DNA of 64,000 nucleotides, taken from positions 70,990,001 through 71,054,000 of the forward strand of contig OZ024740.1 of the NCBI GenBank assembly GCA_964016885.1. Reading direction: 5' to 3'. Below, piece after piece: positions 59,401 to 64,000 of this stretch. Source of the stretch: Eledone cirrhosa (lineage: Eukaryota). Every line of letters begins with the position of its first letter. Position 1 is the first letter of the stretch. A program made the position numbers and the translations under genes. The notes beneath the pieces are model-generated. The model was given only the letters and a program-made list of their open reading frames with translations, had not been told where the DNA came from and did not search any database.

Positions 59401-60219
59401 ATGGACGACTAAATGATTTTAACTAGTTTTTAACAATTGATGGTAGAAAAGATTTCAAATTATCTTAACTTGGGCCGCATCTCAAGGAGTCTGACACTCT
59501 TCTATATTAGTTGTGTTTCACTTTAGGGTATATAAAATAAGAGACAATAAAATGAAATGTATTAAAGTAAGGAAAAACTCAATAAAATGAAATTGAATGA
59601 AACGTTTTGCTTAAGTTTTATCGGAGGCCTTAAGCAAGATTCTTTCTTCTGTGGGGTTCATATCCGATTGCCTTGTCTTCGATCCATGCCATGTAAGTGA
59701 AATTGGGTAGCCAAAAACTATTTGGAAATGTGTCTGGAGAATGCTTAGTTATTTACACTTCATGAATAGGTTGTTCCGTTGCGAGGACAACTGGAACAGT
59801 CATCGAAACCGAGGTAAAGGTCGATAACCTCATATTTGAACTCAGAACTTAAAGGGCTGTAACTAAATACCACAAGGCATTTTGTCCGACCCTCTCACGA
59901 TTCTGAATAAAGTCCTATATTTCCTTGGAACGATAGATGAGATCTTAGTAAATCAATAAAATCCGAAGAAACTAAACGATTCACTTCAATTTTTCATAGC
60001 TACAAGTTGACAAAAGTGAAGCGTTAAACTCAATGACCCGTCAACTAGCGGTGTTCTGCGTCTGCGAAAAGTAATACAAATATAATTCAAACATTGGGAT
60101 ATATTTAATGTCGTGAGGACGAACAGTTTTGATACTAAACCGCCTGAAACTGTCCGTGGTTCTATAATACAAAATTCTAAAAATGCAAAAAACCTTCGTC
60201 CACTTATTCCAGAGCGGGT

Positions 60220-60645
60220 CGTGGGGGCAGAATCCTCAAACATTCCTTCCAGCTGGTCCTGTCAGAAGCAACTGTTTCCAACCTATCCTGCTGGATCCCC
60301 AAGCGAGACCAGCCGAGCTCATGAATGTTACCAACCATCTTTCTTGAGGTCTACTCCTGGGTTTCCTGCCAGTTGGTTGTGTCCGTAAAGTCTGCTCAGC
60401 GATTCTTTCTGAGACATTCTAACCACATGCCCATAATGCTGGCGCTGAAAAGAGAAAATTTGGAGAAATAGCGGCGCTACCTGGAGTGACTCTCTGATCT
60501 CCGAGCCACCTACTCTATCGAGTAACGATATTCCAAAACCCTTCGAAAGAACCCCATTTCGGCCGCTTGTATCCGCTTTATTTGCTCTTGTAACCTCAGC
60601 CTCCGAGAGATTAGTCATCGCTCCCAGATACACCTTGTGTACATC
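60220..60645 (-). mobile_element. Degenerate RTE-like LINE 3' fragment
   Basis: GISLLDRVGGSEIRESLQVAPL...YGHVVRMS. Confidence 0.65.
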
Positions 60646-60968
60646 AGATGAGGATGATGATAATGATGGTGGTGGTGGAGCTGGTGATGATGATGATGAT
60701 GATGATGCACACCACAAACACAAAGAAGCGAATTGGCTGGGTCGATAGTACGTCATATAGAAGGCTCTCTGCACTCTGCCGTAGCCAACTTAAAAGATGG
60801 GGAGGTCAGCCCCACCCCACCCTCTCTCTCTTTCCCACCTTCTCTTCTTCTCTGGAAGATTTCGGGTGTGTTTAGACCTGGAGATGGGATGGGTTTCGCC
60901 AAGTTTTAAAAAGTGTCAAAGGAATGTTGTTTGTCACGACGGCGCCCCAGTGATTCCATCAGGAGCTA

Positions 60969-61121
<153 letters not shown>

Positions 61122-61418
61122 TGATTGTTACTTGTTGTCTCGTTATTCAATATTCAAAGAAACTGTTCACTGTCGTACATCGCCTGTGTACTCTGAGATA
61201 ACTCTTATACCAAGATGTAGAAGATGCTTCCCACAATTGGCTCCCGGGAACCGGGAATAGGGATTACTGAACTAAATCGTTACGTTCGTTACACTGATGA
61301 CGTCGCCGCTTGTCTTGAGTCATGGTCTGATGGTGTAAGCCGGCCATAGAAATACGCATTATGTAATTGGGTAACATTAAAGGATTGTGTTGGAATCCGT
61401 GTTTTTTCATTGATATAT

Positions 61419-61466
<48 letters not shown>

Positions 61467-61468
<2 letters not shown>

Positions 61469-61702
61469 AGGAGCCATAATAGAGGAAGAGAGCAAAGTAC
61501 CAGGCGTTGATGAAGGGAGGCTGCAAGAACGGGTAGAGGACCAGGTGCATGCCAGTGAAGATTGGGTGCCGAGGGTTTGCAGATCGTTCTTGTCACAAAA
61601 GTGGCGAAACTCAGGGAATTACAAGAGCAAGGAGAAGAAGAGCCATCAAGAACAACATGGAAACTGCAGAGAAGTCATCTAGATGGCTATGGCTTATGTG
61701 AA
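61467..61702 (+). mobile_element. HERO/R2-group non-LTR element, C-terminal endonuclease fragment
   Basis: A frame not listed in the ORF track reads RKRAKYQAL...CMPVKIGCRGFA...RRRRAIK...AEKSSRWLW, matching the recalled HERO-type C-terminus. Confidence 0.6.
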
Positions 61703-61799
61703 GTGACCAGTGGAGTCAGTAGTATGCATGCCACTTGAACAGAGATTGAGGCTTCATCAACCTCTGTTGGGTTGAGGCTGTTTGTGTATAACACATAAA

Positions 61800-62058
61800 A
61801 ACAAGATGGTGTAGGATAGAACAAAGGAGAAACACAAAATAAAAAAATTAGTCACTGAGGAGGTCACAGAATGTGTGGCAATAAATAAACAACCATCTGG
61901 TTATTAAATCAACCAACTGGAATTTTGTAATAAAATGAATTGAAAACCAACAGTTGCGTGTTTTTATTGGCAGCAGGACCACCCCCAAAATATAACAATA
62001 TTTGTTTCAACACACGTTTTCAGATAAGAAATCTTGCAAAACAAATACAAAAACGAAG
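61800..62058 (+). mobile_element. Diverged family-A pLTR with eroded HHR
   Basis: GTAGGATAGAACAAAGGAG...GTCACTGAGGAGGTCACAGAATGTGTG...TTTCAACACACGTTTTCAGATAAG...AAACAAATACAAAAACG. Confidence 0.8.
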
Positions 62059-62689
62059 TGTGTCTGTTTGCTCGTATATATGAATTAATTCTGTCTCTAA
62101 AGTAATTTTTTGTTTCATTTAATATCTTATAAAAATTATGGTCGTCCATAACATATATTTTCCGTGTTTGAACATAACAAAATAAGGTTGTGAACCACTT
62201 GTTTACAGCAAAACAGATAAAACTCAGCATTTTTACAGGATTAATTGGGTATATCTGTGAAATGACATCCTTATGTATATTTCTTTACAGTCCAGATTTG
62301 GCTTAAGAACTTCGCTGAACAATGCATAAGTATTTTACGGATGTGTTGGGTTATGTGGTTGGTGTCCGTAGATTGTTTAAATGAGTAAGTGTACGATTTC
62401 ATTGGATTAATATAGCCTGTTTTCGAAAGAATATATTTACAGCTTTGAAGATTATCAAGCATGTTTGGGATAGTGACTCTACGTAAAGCAAATGTATATG
62501 TAATACATGTGTGTATTATATATATTAATGTATGTAGCGAAGTTGATGTTGCGAATATATGTTTTGGGGCTGTAGCCACACAATATAGAGTAGATGAAGC
62601 GATGGGAGGAATTGGTTTGAGTTTGTTGATGTTCATTTGAGCGTGGCAGAGTTTGTAGTGATTATATATAAAGTAAAAATGATCCCGTA

Positions 62690-63245
62690 TATAAGCGATG
62701 TGTGAATTGTTTACGGCCCTTTTCTTTCTGAGTTCAAATCCTGTCGAGGTTAGCTTTGCGTTTCATCCTTGCTTGGTCGATTTAATCGATTTTCCCTTTC
62801 ACGAAAATTGTTGACTTGGTGCCGAAATCAGAAACCATTATTACTGGGAAATATTGGCAGTATCGGTAGAGGGTCGGACGCCATGCTTTCCAGCATAGTT
62901 ACGTCCCTTTACGATCTGAGTTCAAATCCCGCCGAGGTTGACTTTGCCTTTCATCCTTACGGGGTCGATAAAATAAAGTACCAGTAATGCACTGGATAAT
63001 TGCTGGCCTTGTGCCTAAAGTAGAAACAATTATTACTGGGAAATTTTAAAACGACGGCTTGACAGAATTGTTAGGACGTTGGTTCTTTCTAAACGTTCTA
63101 ATTTCAAATCTCTCCGAGTCCAACTTTGCTTTTCACCCCTTAGAGTTCGATAAAATAAATACCAGTAAAGTTCTGAGTCGATATAATTGACTTTCGCCTC
63201 CTCACAAATTGTTGGTCTTGTGCCTAAATAAGAAAGCATTATTAC
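62690..63245 (+). mobile_element. Three consecutive SINE copies; the middle one (~62855-63032) is least diverged
   Basis: SINE core repeated three times; ATTATTACTGGGAAA duplicated around the middle copy. Confidence 0.8.
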
Positions 63246-63753
63246 TGGATAGTTTTTGCATGTAGAGGGTGAAGTGTACGTTGTGACAAAGGAGAGCTTC
63301 CCTTCGTCCATTCCCAAATACTTCAATCAATTTCCTAGTTTTGAAATAACTTCACTTTCTACGTCGTGTTTTAGTCAGTAAGCATTAGTCAATGAAACAT
63401 GAAACATGAATAACGAAAGTATTATGACACTACAATTCCAAGAATGTGTGTGTTAAGAAAATCTTTTAATTCTTTTTTTTTTTAAATCAGTGAATGTGGT
63501 GAGCATAAGTTACAAACTTTTCAGGGAAAGATGGGCGAAGAGAAGAACATATCTATGATTATGCTAATCCACTCATTGTATCAAAATATTTTTCTCTGGG
63601 CTGATGCAATAGTAATAAAGTATGTTTGCCTGCTATTTCAGAGCAAAAATGACGTTGGTTCGCTTATGCTCTGGACAAACAGGAATAGGTTGATTCAAAC
63701 TGGTAGATTTCGGATAAAATTTCAAAATCAGCTTTGCCATTTATCCTTCAGGG

Positions 63754-63922
63754 CAGTGCCGGATTTAGGACAAATGAGACCATGTGCTAGTTAAGTTATG
63801 AGGCCCCTTTGAATATTTGAAAAATTCACCGTAAAAAATTTTTTGGCAGGAACTTGGTCCCTCTCTGGCCAACGGGGCCCTGTACTCAAGCACACCTAAG
63901 CACAAGGGTAAATCCGGCACTG
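63754..63922. mobile_element. hAT-type MITE inserted in a SINE remnant
   Basis: Perfect 14-bp TIR CAGTGCCGGATTTA/TAAATCCGGCACTG; near-TSD CTTCAGGG/CTTCCAGG. Confidence 0.8.
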
Positions 63923-64000
63923 CTTCCAGGGTCAATAAAATAAAGTACTGTGGTTGGTTTAATCAACTTTGCCCTCCGCTCGCCGAATTTGTTGGCTTTG

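Noticed and set aside
62271-62636. 121-aa - strand ORF as a host gene
   Set aside because: No recognisable domain or clear splice context; possibly a decayed retroelement piece, but unsupported.

Overview
AT-rich eukaryotic DNA that is almost all repeat-derived, with no intact host gene. The SINE families and the PHD-containing RTE suggest a coleoid cephalopod (octopod); this is an inference. Contents: a decayed Buster-type hAT transposon (745-3006); a full-length but frameshifted Gypsy LTR retrotransposon of the CsRn1/Kabuki type (3290-8815); a 2.1-kb non-coding LTR element (32924-35023); RTE and HERO LINE pieces; many tRNA-derived SINEs and MITEs; and at least three lineages of Penelope-like elements (PLEs) inserted into (TA)n microsatellites. 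About 20 type I hammerhead ribozyme (HHR) motifs were found by eye. The most notable signals are: (i) a tandem array of 468/469-bp non-coding units with one intact HHR each (23713-25885), plus a diverged sister monomer (11281-11800) sharing a covarying hairpin, an octamer and an extended stem, i.e. a candidate circRNA-producing retrozyme family; (ii) asymmetric palindromic HHR mini-elements made of two PLE 3' ends, one with a reiterated 14-mer at the junction; (iii) a ~785-bp-arm inverted duplication carrying an RMND5/GID2-like first coding exon (35860-37591). All calls come from reading the sequence; no database search or folding program was run.
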